Source: a virus. From it: a stretch of 64,000 nucleotides of DNA. The stretch's first letter is position 1. Each line of letters starts with the position of its first letter. The notes below the pieces were generated by a model. The model worked only from the letters and a program-made list of their open reading frames with translations, was not told the origin of the DNA and ran no database searches. The DNA is taken from positions 9,759 to 73,758 of the IMG/VR virus record IMGVR_UViG_3300027985_001265. One strand, written 5' to 3'. Below are positions 23,001 to 31,454 of the stretch, piece after piece. The position numbers and the translations under genes are program-made.

Positions 23001-26000
23001 AGAGGGTAGTCTTGGTGAAGGTATTGCTGATGGGATTGCTAAGAACAGAGATAAAATCTTTGCAGATGAAAAATATAACAAAATCCCTGAATACCCTGGA
23101 GCCAAGAAAAAGATTGAAGTAGATACGAAAACAGCTATCGAATACGTCAGCGATATGGTTACCTGGGTTAAGAATAAAACATCTGCAAATAAGAAGTTTC
23201 TCCTTGGTTTAAAAACCAACCCTGATCTTGGTATTGTGACTCACATGAACCAGTACATGGACCCGACTACCGGGGGGTATAAGACTGGGATCACCCCTAA
23301 AGAGACTGTCAGCAATATTAAGATGTCCGATATTCTCAAGGATGCTGTAGTTAAAACCAGCCAGCAGGTGTTTGACGTAGCCCCTGATGAGGTCACAGAA
23401 GAAGAGATTCTATCTGCTGTAACTGAAGAGACCCCTGAGATGACTACTATCAATCCTGAATTCGATCCAGATAAAAAAGGTTTCCAGATTATCCGCATAC
23501 GCCAGGATGGGGAATTTATTGAACACAGGGTCAGAGCATTAACCTTAGATGAGTTTCCTGGTATCGAGTTGGCTGCAGAACGCACTTCAAAGAATGTTTG
23601 GACCTTCTATGAAGCAACTACCGGTTTAACAGCTTTTAAACATAAGGGTAATCAAGAAAAAGGTATTGAGGCTTTTAAAAAAGCAGTGACCCTTGAGATG
23701 TTTCAAAAAGCTCTCAAAGATGTTGCTGAAAAACAAAAGACTCTGGGTAGTAGTCGGTTGTCAAACCTATCCTTAGACCCTGCAGACTATGCTCTGGAAA
23801 GTGAGATCAACCGGGAGACTATACTTGATACCTACGAGGCCATTAAAAATAATGGGTCTAAATCTGACAATGTTAATCACGATTTCCAGTTGAAGCATAT
23901 TCTTTCTTCTTTGGTTCAAAATGTTATTGAGCCTCTGGACCTATTCATGAAATCCAGTACTACTGATCAGACTGAAGGTGCTTTTGATTATGAATCAGGA
24001 AGAAAAGACAGGGTGTTTATCAGCAATCATTCTGGTCTGTTGAATCTTGGAATCCAGATGTCTACAGGTGAGGTTTACACCCATGAGTTGGTGCATGCTG
24101 TTATCCATAAAGGTCTGGAGATGAATCGTCACCTCTATGATAAGGTTAACCGGTTATACGACGTGGCTTATAATAAATTGAAACAGACTTATGGTGACGA
24201 GGGTCTTCGTATATTTTTGAGTGATCCAAATAATATTACCAACCAAGCAGAAATATCTCTAGCCCATGAACGTTTCAATTATCTTTTTCGTGATGCCGGC
24301 ACACATGGCTCCAATACTCAGAACCAGTATACTGGAGTAACTTCCAATAAGATCAAGTCCAACCATCTTGATGAATTTATGGCCTTTGGTTTAACCAATG
24401 AGAATTTTAGCAACTTCCTCAAAGGTATTAGCTTGGGTCAGACTGATTATGCAAAAAGCACCTGGTCGAATATTCGGGGAGCCAATATTCAAGAAACTCT
24501 CTTGAATATCTTTCAGATGATCATGGACTTTTTCAGAGGAAGGCTGACGGATATTAATCGTCGAGTAGCCTATCAAGAACTTGAGGCTTTGGCTCAACAA
24601 CTATCAAATACTGAATCCAGATGGAAAAGCCAACGGTTTGAAGTAGTTCGTAAATTTGTTGGTTTAAGTGGGAAGCTTTCTGAGAAAGGTAACAGTCTGG
24701 TGAAGGCTACTTTTAAAAAAGTAGCACCTAAAGCTGAAACCTGGAAAGAGGGTTATGATATTCTCATGAAAGACCCCAGTAAAGGTGGTCAGATGCTTCG
24801 GGATCTTATCTATAAAGCCAGGGCTATGGACCAGGGGGTTGTTAAAACTACTGTACAGGAAGCACGGGGAGTTACTGAAAGACTGTCTGACTATTACCAG
24901 ATGCTTACTCGTAAAAAAAGAATTCTTGATGCTTCCAAAGAGGCTGTTGCCCGTGCTTGGAGTTCTATGGCCAATGACTTTTTTACATTGGATCTAACCA
25001 AGGAGCAGAAGACAAATTTAACCAAAGCTGGATTAAAGGCCGATGCTGGAATTCTGCTGGATGTTCATGGCTCAGATCATTTGCTTAAAATTTATTCTGA
25101 CGAGTCTGTTAGAAACATGGAGATCCAAAAGGTTCTTGATACCATAGAAGGTAAGCTTAACCAGATCCTGGAATCTGTGAATAAGAAAAAGCAAAGCACT
25201 GTTGTTGCTCAGTACCTGAATTATTATGATCGGGCAGCTATGGCTTTGGGTGATTTCATAATCCACTCTCAATTCCGAAAAGGTGAAGACGCTCCTTTGA
25301 ATGCCCAGCTTATTGCTGAGTTGGCCGGTACCACTGAAATGGGAAATATGAGAGAGGTGGATGCCAAGAAAGTGGAACCCCTGATTGATCAATTGGCAAG
25401 CCTTTACGCCATTGGAAGCCTATCTGAAAACTCCCGAGCTGAATTCGCTGACATATTGACTAATGATGCGGAGGGTGTGTCTAAGATGTTTCAGATGCAA
25501 AAAACTCTTAAAGAACAAGCCCGGGAAACTTTGTTTGCCGGCAGCGAACGTCTATTTATAAAAGGGTATGTCAAGACTGTTTTGAATCCTGAGATGTCTC
25601 TCGAATTTGGTACTCTGGCAGACGAAGCTGAGATGACCCGGTTGGGATATACTCGAAGCGAAAAACCTTTGCCTCGGGATGAAGCGGATGTTTATCGTAA
25701 CCAGGATATTTATCTCTATACAGCCAGAAATGGTCGTATGAATACTTTGCAGTCTGGATTGATGTCTTATACTCGGAATAAAGCCAAAGGCCAAGGAGGA
25801 CGTGCTCTAGCTGCTCAGACAAGCAATTCCACTGAACAAGGCTATCTGAACATGGAACAGATTATCATAAACAAACACGCTGTTCGGGATCATATGTTCA
25901 CTCAAAAACGAAATTCCCGGGCCAAGCTTTCCAATGTAATGGTTGCCAAAACAGATGCTCTAGGATTTTCCATTGATTACCGGTATATGATGTCTGAGGC

Positions 26001-27384
26001 AAGCAAGGATGCTTATTTAAGTCAGGTCAGTGATTTCGATACTGTGTTTGGTTCTATGGCTGCTCAGATTCTTGATAAAGGTGTTACTCCCATTGTTAAT
26101 GAGGAGTTGATTCATCGGTTAAAACAGACCTATGACGAAGAGTACCAAAATAACCCTGCTGCTTTTAAAGCCATTGGGCCTAACGTAGCTGACCCAGATA
26201 TGGTAGAGCAATATTATTTAATCCCGGAGAAAACCCGGAAAGTAGTTGCGGATGTTTGGGGGCCTGAAAAGACCATGTATGTACCCAAGGATCTTATGAC
26301 ATTAGCTTTCGGTTACCGTAAATACTCAATCATTGATGCTTTTACCAAGAAGCCCTCTGAACGTGCCAGGTTGGAAAAAATGGTAGTTACCCTTTTTCAA
26401 CATATTACCCGGGACATAACCGGAGAGTCCGGCCGAGCTATCAAGGCGGCTAATACTGCAGAGCGTATGGCTATAGAAATGACTCATTATGCCAAGGACA
26501 ACATCATTGTAAAATCCTTGACAGTCACGCTCGGCAACTTTGGCTCTAACTTAATGTACTTGAGGATGCGGGGTGTACCCATCAGTACAACTCTGAAGCA
26601 TGGGTGGGACGCTGTGAAATATGGTACTCGGTTTCAGGCTGACAGTCAGAGAATGAATAAACTTTTGATAGAAAAAGATACCCGGGAAAAATCAAATACA
26701 CCAGAAGATCAACGTCGATTAAAGGAAATCCAAAAAGAGTTGATGCAACTCAAGGATGCTCTGGCCAGAAATCCTGTACTAGATTCCATAGACTCTGGGC
26801 TGATGCCCTCTCTGGTAGATGATGTTGATACCCAGGGACAGCAAAACTATTTTCCAGGCATGATCGAAAGCTATGTTGAGGATAAGACCAAAAATCTTCC
26901 TAAACCGGTTAAACAGTTCGGTAGAGTCGCTTTTTTGACCCAAGACACAGAAGTATACAAGGTGCTCAATAATGCTGTTAAAATGACCGATTTTGTGGGC
27001 CGGCACATTCTGTATAAGCACTATACAGAAAGCCTCGGAATGAGCCAAAAAGAAGCTGCTGCAAAGGCGATTGATGAGTTCGTGAACTTTGATATTGCTT
27101 CTCATCGGATCACTGAGTATTTGAATGAAATAGGCCTTCTTTGGTTTACCAAGTATGCCACCAGGATTCCTCGGATAGCAATTAAGGCTGTCATGGACCG
27201 ACCTTTTGATTCAGCAATGTCCTATTTATTGTCTACCCATTTGGGTACAGATAATATCTTAGATTCAACTATCCCAAATCTTCCATATAAAACGGGTTTA
27301 CCTCCTACTGCTGTAGCCACTTCAATGGACGATATTCTATCTGCCCAGGGAGCAGGCTGGATTTTGGGGTCAATTTTACCCTGA
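17020..27384 (+). CDS. Virion-encapsidated RNA polymerase (N4 gp50-like vRNAP)
   Basis: 3454 aa; single-subunit RNAP motifs VGRMRQ, LERDGLANG (A), RKLAKN......YG (B), IHDA (C); HELVH motif in C-terminal part; no Cys spotted by eye, as in N4 vRNAP. Confidence 0.95.
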   Translation: MPSLEFSTLFDKKAATVQAATEDKKAQLGNTSSAAGYLISRIEQEQALAPLDLSNKEAPKIDLDPVPENSLEAMGRGGREAIQGMVGLGYGLGAGVGAIAESIAGEGGLSSGFKEAMVKKYIENEQDMAQYSRPEDSLTYSWEKAKDGDYGAMLSWATHGTGYVASQLATILAGSGVVAGGTRLIGKKMVGQVMSGLVEKEATRLAAGKTVTEAVLNKATANVTAKVGEHLGMAASGFGMEGGEILGDLAKQSTERGTPLTAGEIGQGLTATALAGAVEYMETLLSVSALKGKLGKFPGATEMDGIAGKLARGAITGGKTAAGEAVQEATQTGIERWGKGDDLTSEDAVREYIDAAGLGALGGGPASVGGVFTRSTKEQEEVDRKRAEKKEAQARVRPQTQPGFDQKVAEVVETGNTSQFTEAEKPENNPTTAMHVAQKQTQKEGATRTDKLKTRDDAVKVFQSLVQSEMETKAKVDALDEKIKTAATPEDKARYTEEQAQLIAKGEYLKTQREDVTPLMQSIVKATDDEIPGLVEDFKKSFEQEAPSGAVNEILRKVFGSNGGKAFFQDDSVDFNQIIKDHQDKLTPEDIGVLQKVANLQKSVKAVVDKTTKSMGQVNTDILDGGDGYIGLFQHKQGVVDALNNGDIQLAAERQNAFSQWAKERVVRANTFTGMYQAFKNNVEPSAAIKKSFGTINAKQVANGRKAYSIGPKTWSLAETMRLEAKALNDGVALTQAMFPSQTAEQTQSNGTVANVASPSTQVDTTNPGTQTSPDLEGRAGDAQSNPGGEQTSRQGTPAPKVEKQPRAKIAPTVQLPSHISTDTQQTLSEMGFVEEQIQEMKPAAANWHVSQKDKSLDELREAQKAVNPNTAKAALYKELIATKEQQEQKEDIATPPETKEPKIKQEKPSEELKKESDQTEDFPFANEPPIDDNYDYQLSQMVEQNDEVFSPVVEQEEPITKSERDSSRIYGPANQVAQDTSIDPSTLKTVEDYKKTNAVKAFTKVKGEANLFNGEVEVIDHLKEQHAEMQGEQKVALGKLISFMEKFSSTLDKLYQHKNTEWLFKDALSYFTVFNGETRSITHPTTKKVTQKAVRKLPENFKAAMALSAFNWLSTQAETEDLERTIKKILGLKASTIITNESMGLMDGLGNKGIYFSEVLGRDVIRHLQLSFSDQALENLEENLSRSTGMAILTNLQQMGYLKRQYVDSGKRKGLKPENSTFGLQGLANKLDGIYDGEITSFLLDGPQKGVTADDFFSLKTDKKGNVLGSVKELRQQYKPLKVFLDDQFEMTPKSLEVSFVKPELTGGQERLQKSSESATKEQTANKEKNEQTPYNVSNKMDKLLRRFGVDAMKLFAGYQSEEGRHVNSIISIKGKNRSIDRSFEQIQTWYEMAQNQKSKFLSKFFIRSVFQAVGRMRQVGLIRPQGDKIHRNFFNMSTTEVEIDPHNNEKHRQLFIEAVGQGLGIEASKYSSLEETLRLVDEKLATPVIQEGLKALKEVLDGNKKATPEQVQAVMAAIKSGGEDLHTLKVLEGYQTFLDNQPKEGKKGKPFKTDLYLERDGLANGVMMMLTQLRTAPITRVFLARLMSVGLGYRAEGNDFDHATYLDPYMAIARHWNTFLNERIEILQLRPRELKEWNRKLREEISPTPVEAQDRIRKIRAINRLLEGLDKPGDSIVEHKRKLAKNLNVGAIYGAEKNSTERGIATKIVDDVIPETLESIAALRKTDRAAADLLQKQLQEALGNLTQTEVWDPKTFKGNPLEWQLSKEAKKDIYAAVSVDYGTMLYDAMSLVYGDFREASKLLNPAIGLAAANYNAALQALIQQHVKEGKPLTRADVKAFKARLESILPRIKTPMGGFINLTDFTGSDVLEEDDFSTIEQTYYQVEGFPKIGRLMGKAVSVKELKAPGVKPIPSVIHMLDSMVANMLMGAVDPETFGILNIHDAGITNILQAAEMTNIQNKAMFENMRDYNLAFEIEQAVKHSNDAFVKLLKEGSLGEGIADGIAKNRDKIFADEKYNKIPEYPGAKKKIEVDTKTAIEYVSDMVTWVKNKTSANKKFLLGLKTNPDLGIVTHMNQYMDPTTGGYKTGITPKETVSNIKMSDILKDAVVKTSQQVFDVAPDEVTEEEILSAVTEETPEMTTINPEFDPDKKGFQIIRIRQDGEFIEHRVRALTLDEFPGIELAAERTSKNVWTFYEATTGLTAFKHKGNQEKGIEAFKKAVTLEMFQKALKDVAEKQKTLGSSRLSNLSLDPADYALESEINRETILDTYEAIKNNGSKSDNVNHDFQLKHILSSLVQNVIEPLDLFMKSSTTDQTEGAFDYESGRKDRVFISNHSGLLNLGIQMSTGEVYTHELVHAVIHKGLEMNRHLYDKVNRLYDVAYNKLKQTYGDEGLRIFLSDPNNITNQAEISLAHERFNYLFRDAGTHGSNTQNQYTGVTSNKIKSNHLDEFMAFGLTNENFSNFLKGISLGQTDYAKSTWSNIRGANIQETLLNIFQMIMDFFRGRLTDINRRVAYQELEALAQQLSNTESRWKSQRFEVVRKFVGLSGKLSEKGNSLVKATFKKVAPKAETWKEGYDILMKDPSKGGQMLRDLIYKARAMDQGVVKTTVQEARGVTERLSDYYQMLTRKKRILDASKEAVARAWSSMANDFFTLDLTKEQKTNLTKAGLKADAGILLDVHGSDHLLKIYSDESVRNMEIQKVLDTIEGKLNQILESVNKKKQSTVVAQYLNYYDRAAMALGDFIIHSQFRKGEDAPLNAQLIAELAGTTEMGNMREVDAKKVEPLIDQLASLYAIGSLSENSRAEFADILTNDAEGVSKMFQMQKTLKEQARETLFAGSERLFIKGYVKTVLNPEMSLEFGTLADEAEMTRLGYTRSEKPLPRDEADVYRNQDIYLYTARNGRMNTLQSGLMSYTRNKAKGQGGRALAAQTSNSTEQGYLNMEQIIINKHAVRDHMFTQKRNSRAKLSNVMVAKTDALGFSIDYRYMMSEASKDAYLSQVSDFDTVFGSMAAQILDKGVTPIVNEELIHRLKQTYDEEYQNNPAAFKAIGPNVADPDMVEQYYLIPEKTRKVVADVWGPEKTMYVPKDLMTLAFGYRKYSIIDAFTKKPSERARLEKMVVTLFQHITRDITGESGRAIKAANTAERMAIEMTHYAKDNIIVKSLTVTLGNFGSNLMYLRMRGVPISTTLKHGWDAVKYGTRFQADSQRMNKLLIEKDTREKSNTPEDQRRLKEIQKELMQLKDALARNPVLDSIDSGLMPSLVDDVDTQGQQNYFPGMIESYVEDKTKNLPKPVKQFGRVAFLTQDTEVYKVLNNAVKMTDFVGRHILYKHYTESLGMSQKEAAAKAIDEFVNFDIASHRITEYLNEIGLLWFTKYATRIPRIAIKAVMDRPFDSAMSYLLSTHLGTDNILDSTIPNLPYKTGLPPTAVATSMDDILSAQGAGWILGSILP

Positions 27385-27461
27385 TAGAGGGAATGTAAAT
27401 TGCCTCCTATTAATGTATGAAAAGAGAAAATTAATACATAATTCAAAGGGTAATATGCTTA

Positions 27462-27842
27462 ATGGAAAGAACTCTTATAACTCTGCTGGCTGGCAGTGTA
27501 GTTAGTCTACTCGGTAAAGGTGCCTGGGATTATTTTAAAAGTGGTCAAGTTGAAAAGGCTTCTATTTATGTAACTAAATCGGAGTGTCTTTCCACGGTAC
27601 AACGCTGTAATTTACCTAATGTGAAAGATCAACTTTCTGATGTTAAGTCTAAGTTGGAATCTTTTAAAGCTGAAATGAAAGCCCGGATGATAGATATGGA
27701 AAAACGTGTTGAACAAAGCAGTCTGGACATCCGGGAATTCAGGGATGACATATCAGAAATTAAGTCAGCTCAGGTTAAAACACATATGCTTCTTGAAACA
27801 TTACTTCAAAACTCAAAACATGAAAAACTTTCCGGAGAATAA
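27462..27842 (+). CDS. Membrane-anchored coiled-coil hypothetical protein
   Basis: N-terminal hydrophobic segment followed by heptad-like charged region. Confidence 0.55.
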   Translation: MERTLITLLAGSVVSLLGKGAWDYFKSGQVEKASIYVTKSECLSTVQRCNLPNVKDQLSDVKSKLESFKAEMKARMIDMEKRVEQSSLDIREFRDDISEIKSAQVKTHMLLETLLQNSKHEKLSGE

Positions 27843-27844
27843 AT

Positions 27845-28147
27845 ATGGGAATGATCTTTGTAGGGCAAACTGCCTTATCCATTATCGCTGATTTGAGCGA
27901 GGATATTACAGGGGCCACTTGTCTTGTGAAATACAAGAAGCCTTCAGGAACTCTTGGGAGTTTTTCAGCAACTATTACGGATGCTGAAAATGGTATTATT
28001 TCTGCTTCTCCGGAATCTGAAAGTGACATAGATGAACCTGGTCGGTGGGTTGTCTGGGGTTATGTAACTTTTGCTGATGGTTCTGTTATTGCTGGAGAGC
28101 CTGAAGAAATGATGGTATACCCTGAAGGATATTTGCCTCGAACATAA
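27845..28147 (+). CDS. Putative virion protein (BppU N-terminal-like)
   Basis: DITGAT..VKYKKPSG....A.I.DA.NG.I and D.DEPGRW motifs. Confidence 0.55.
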   Translation: MGMIFVGQTALSIIADLSEDITGATCLVKYKKPSGTLGSFSATITDAENGIISASPESESDIDEPGRWVVWGYVTFADGSVIAGEPEEMMVYPEGYLPRT

Positions 28148-28185
28148 GGGGGAGGTGAAGACTCCCCCTAGTTTTAGTTTATTTT
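28146..28185. terminator. Terminator at convergence of late (+) and middle (-) blocks
   Basis: AGGGGGAG-GTGAAGA-CTCCCCCT hairpin with T-rich tail between convergent stops. Confidence 0.75.
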
Positions 28186-28742
28186 ACTGATGCTTCTGTA
28201 AAACGACGACATTTTTTACAAGGTATAGCATCATACTCTATGTATTTCATCACGCACTTATCATGATGGATACAAGAGTAACTCCTGTCTGGATCTGCCA
28301 AATGGTCATTATGCTTATCAATACTATTTGGCAGATCCCCTCTTGCGGCCCTTCTGGATGAAGAGCAACTACTGCAACATACTGAGGCTTGCGCTCTCAA
28401 ACTGACATGCTCGGCGCCACATGAACATCGCTTGTATTTCGTGATCAAAGGATGTTTTTCTCCAAGATTTTCCCAGCAGATAGGGCAGATACGTTTGCCT
28501 CTGTTTTTCTGCTTTGCGAATTCTGGGAAATATTTTATCACCCGGGCATCATCATCATTGTCAATGACATGACCACATTCGTATATGTTATATGCTCGGT
28601 CTGATTCTGGTTTTATGTCTGCTTGTTTGAGCATACGTTTAACCAGAGTTAAGGAGATTCTGACTTTCGCTTTGTCACACCAGTTTACTGGTGTGACAAC
28701 CATTCCATCAGTGTGTTGCTTTGGCTTCATACTAACCCTCAA
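28179..28742 (-). CDS. Cys-rich putative zinc-binding protein
   Basis: Multiple CxxC-type motifs; similar to 30954-31454. Confidence 0.6.
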   Translation of the reverse strand: MRVSMKPKQHTDGMVVTPVNWCDKAKVRISLTLVKRMLKQADIKPESDRAYNIYECGHVIDNDDDARVIKYFPEFAKQKNRGKRICPICWENLGEKHPLITKYKRCSCGAEHVSLRAQASVCCSSCSSSRRAARGDLPNSIDKHNDHLADPDRSYSCIHHDKCVMKYIEYDAIPCKKCRRFTEASVK

Positions 28743-28750
28743 AATAGAAT

Positions 28751-30034
28751 TTAATTCATAAATAATTCTACGTCTTCAGGAAGTTTATCTTCGTGGCGTT
28801 TACTGAAACGTGGGAATTGGAATTTACCGGTATCAGGAAACCGTTGATCATACTTCACTTCGATAACACAAGGAAACTCCCAAGAGTCGGGATCCCGATC
28901 AGCATCTGTCAAACCACCAACGGTGCCTAGGTCAATCCGATTACCCGTGGTGTCATATTGACAGATTTTGAGAGAACCAACCAGTCCTTGGAATCTTCCC
29001 TTACCTGGAGCGTAACCGTCTGCGATAACGTCTATGTCGCCCTGTGGTTTAACCTTAAAGGCGGCGCAACGATTTGGCTTACCATTCATCGTAATTTCTA
29101 TACATTTGGTGGTATCCCAAAGAACAAACCCCTCAATCTGTTTTTTGTTCTCCCAAGCCAAACGTGTCGCTTCTTCCCCGGATTTTATTGGAACCTCTTT
29201 AGGGACGAATATTGATTTTCCTGCAGAGATGTCTGGGGATTTAAGATTCAGGCTATTGAGAATAACCTGATATGGAAATGATGCTGCTAAATTACCATCC
29301 AAGTACAGGATGGTTAGGAGTGCTGCTCGTACCCTGTATATTTCTTGAAGAGCCAGGGATTTTGGCACTTCATCTTTACAAACTCCGTCAGCAACGTCGG
29401 CCTTGCTGATTTGGGACATCAGCAGGAAAGCTGTCATGTGTGGGATCTGGAGCTGCGGGTCAATCATAAACTCAGTGTAAAACAAAGTCCCATTGGGGTA
29501 TTCCTGAGACTTAACTTCTTCGACGATACTCGGGTATTTTAACGTGTGGTCACACCACCTACGAGTGTATATCCGAATATCACCGTCTGTTCGGATCAGG
29601 ATAAAATGCCCGATTCCGTTGTATTTCACGAAGAATTTCCCATTCCCGGATTTGAGCAACTTGTTCATGGCCGGGATGGAAATAGTCTTCTTTGGTTTTG
29701 AAATACAGAAGGATTCAGGGATATTGTCCAGGTCCAGACCTTCTCCGGTTTGATCCAAGATGGAGAGGTCATCCAGGCTGGGTACCTCAAGATATCCCTC
29801 TTTAGTCTTGGTTTTGATCAGCCGGAGGTACTCTTCTTCGGCAACCTGCTCTGGGCTTTTCTCATTGGTTTTACCAATGTTGACCCCGGTACAGGTGTTG
29901 GCTGTGCTTTGAATATTATCACTACCAACATGTCCGTATTCCCGGGAAACTGTGTCTCCAGATAGCATAAGCTTTATGAAGACAGGTTGCCCTAGTTGAG
30001 TTTTTTTAACTAAAATTGTTTGTTTTTCTTCCAT
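28751..30034 (-). CDS. ATP-dependent DNA ligase with N-terminal WGR-like domain
   Basis: Motif I VKYNG, IV EGFVL, V AFKVKP, OB-fold GKGRFQGLVGSL, VI FQFPRF..R.EDK. Start placed at MEEKQ (30034); ORF is open to 30085. Confidence 0.85.
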   Translation of the reverse strand: MEEKQTILVKKTQLGQPVFIKLMLSGDTVSREYGHVGSDNIQSTANTCTGVNIGKTNEKSPEQVAEEEYLRLIKTKTKEGYLEVPSLDDLSILDQTGEGLDLDNIPESFCISKPKKTISIPAMNKLLKSGNGKFFVKYNGIGHFILIRTDGDIRIYTRRWCDHTLKYPSIVEEVKSQEYPNGTLFYTEFMIDPQLQIPHMTAFLLMSQISKADVADGVCKDEVPKSLALQEIYRVRAALLTILYLDGNLAASFPYQVILNSLNLKSPDISAGKSIFVPKEVPIKSGEEATRLAWENKKQIEGFVLWDTTKCIEITMNGKPNRCAAFKVKPQGDIDVIADGYAPGKGRFQGLVGSLKICQYDTTGNRIDLGTVGGLTDADRDPDSWEFPCVIEVKYDQRFPDTGKFQFPRFSKRHEDKLPEDVELFMN

Positions 30035-30223
30035 AAGTTTCCTTTTTGATGTTTTTGCTTTTACCAGAAATAATCTCCATAACAAGAAAATGTCAGACTT
30101 AAATTGATAATCAATATTTCATTTTTAAACAAAAACCTTAATGTAATACTCTTCTGGTAAAGTTTTTATTTAAAAGTGAAATAGTGTGTTTATATTTATT
30201 AGAATGCCAGTACAATAAGGCAC

Positions 30224-30240
30224 TTTTTAGTAACTAAAAA
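30224..30240. promoter_or_regulatory. Palindromic operator candidate upstream of HxlR gene
   Basis: TTTTTAGT-A-ACTAAAAA perfect inverted repeat in AT-rich divergent intergenic region. Confidence 0.45.
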
Positions 30241-30274
30241 TTACCTATAGGAAAGGGGGATTTTCATAGAAAAT

Positions 30275-30661
30275 ATGAATAAGAAACCTTGCGGTTGTGG
30301 TTTAAGGTTAATGCTGCGCATTTTTAATAAAAAATGGCGTAGCTGTATTATTTGTCACCTTGCCAGGAAAACTCTATATTTTACTGAGCTTAAAAAAATT
30401 ATAGGAATTTCTCATAAAGTATTAACAGAAAACCTGCAAATACTTAAAAAAGTTGGGATTGTAGAACGGACAGTTATTGACACTGTACCTATCCAGGTAC
30501 AATACTCTTTAACTGATATGGGAAGATCTTTGATACCCATTATACGAGAAAGTCATAAATGGGTAAATGAGTGGAGGGATACTCTAGAGATGCCCTCTGA
30601 TAGAGCACCTCTATGTAAGTATCCAAAATCTAAACGTGAAAAGGCCTGGGAAACTTTCTAG
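30275..30661 (+). CDS. HxlR-family winged-helix transcriptional regulator
   Basis: KW...I...L, FTELKK.I.GIS.KVLTENL..L...GIVERTV....P.QVQYSLT..GRSLIPI match the HxlR consensus; N-terminal Cys residues. Confidence 0.9.
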   Translation: MNKKPCGCGLRLMLRIFNKKWRSCIICHLARKTLYFTELKKIIGISHKVLTENLQILKKVGIVERTVIDTVPIQVQYSLTDMGRSLIPIIRESHKWVNEWRDTLEMPSDRAPLCKYPKSKREKAWETF

Positions 30662-30857
30662 CCCGTTCAGATACTGTGATTAAGGTGGGTTGGCCATCAG
30701 GATGATAAAGTGTATTCACCAGATTCGGGTCCATGGATTGGCCCCAGGATACTTCGGTGGAGAACAGGGTATCATCCTGAATGGCTCTTTCAGCAGCTTC
30801 AGGGGATAGTTCAGCAAAGGTTTTATATTGCCACACTCTTTTTATAATTGACAGCAT
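30630..30857 (-). CDS. Hypothetical protein
   Basis: ORF with GAAGGAG RBS. Confidence 0.55.
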   Translation of the reverse strand: MLSIIKRVWQYKTFAELSPEAAERAIQDDTLFSTEVSWGQSMDPNLVNTLYHPDGQPTLITVSERARKFPRPFHV

Positions 30858-30953
30858 GTGACTCTCCTTCAGTTTTATGTAGATAAAATCTTATATTTAA
30901 TCCTTTGATTTTATATACAATAAGGAGATTTCTAGTGTCAACTACAAATTGAA

Positions 30954-31454
30954 TTATGCTGCCTCAAAATTTCTGTGTGCAATAGGGTATAGCCGAATGT
31001 TGCTTACAAACTGAGAAGGTATTTCAGAAGGTTTAATCCTATCAGGATGATACTCCTTACAATTGTAGCAGGGTAAGCAGTCCGCCCTTGGATTATTTAA
31101 CCAGGAGTTTTCAAGACACTGATCCCGGTAAATACAATCCCAGGTATCGGCTGCAGCTTGAATTTTCTCTAGTTTTAATTCATATTTTTTTCTGGAAGCT
31201 TTAGCTCTATCAAGTTCTTTTCGCCTGTTAATCTCTTTTTGGACTTCCCTGATATGAACAGCTCGACAAGCGTCACAACGTTCTGTCTTCGCTTGATTTG
31301 GGGCAAGAGTCAGTATTGTTGGGCAATCAGCACACTTCTTCTGAATCAGTTTGACTCTACCTTTAGGATGTTCTGGACAATAATATGTCCCGTTTACTCT
31401 TAACTTTATAGTATCTTGTGTCAAATGGCAGCCGCAGGTCATTTCATAAATCAT
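30954..31454 (-). CDS. Cys-rich putative zinc-binding protein
   Basis: CGC, CPEH, CADC, CDAC and C.PCYNC motifs; ATGA-coupled to thyX. Confidence 0.6.
   Translation of the reverse strand: MIYEMTCGCHLTQDTIKLRVNGTYYCPEHPKGRVKLIQKKCADCPTILTLAPNQAKTERCDACRAVHIREVQKEINRRKELDRAKASRKKYELKLEKIQAAADTWDCIYRDQCLENSWLNNPRADCLPCYNCKEYHPDRIKPSEIPSQFVSNIRLYPIAHRNFEAA

Noticed and set aside
23941-24140. HELVH zinc-protease motif in vRNAP as a novel fusion
   Set aside because: A HExxH motif in the C-terminal region is, to my knowledge, common among N4-like vRNAPs.
17592-27105. Many antisense and alternate-frame ORFs within vRNAP and other large genes
   Set aside because: Shadow ORFs of long conserved genes, without RBS or motifs.
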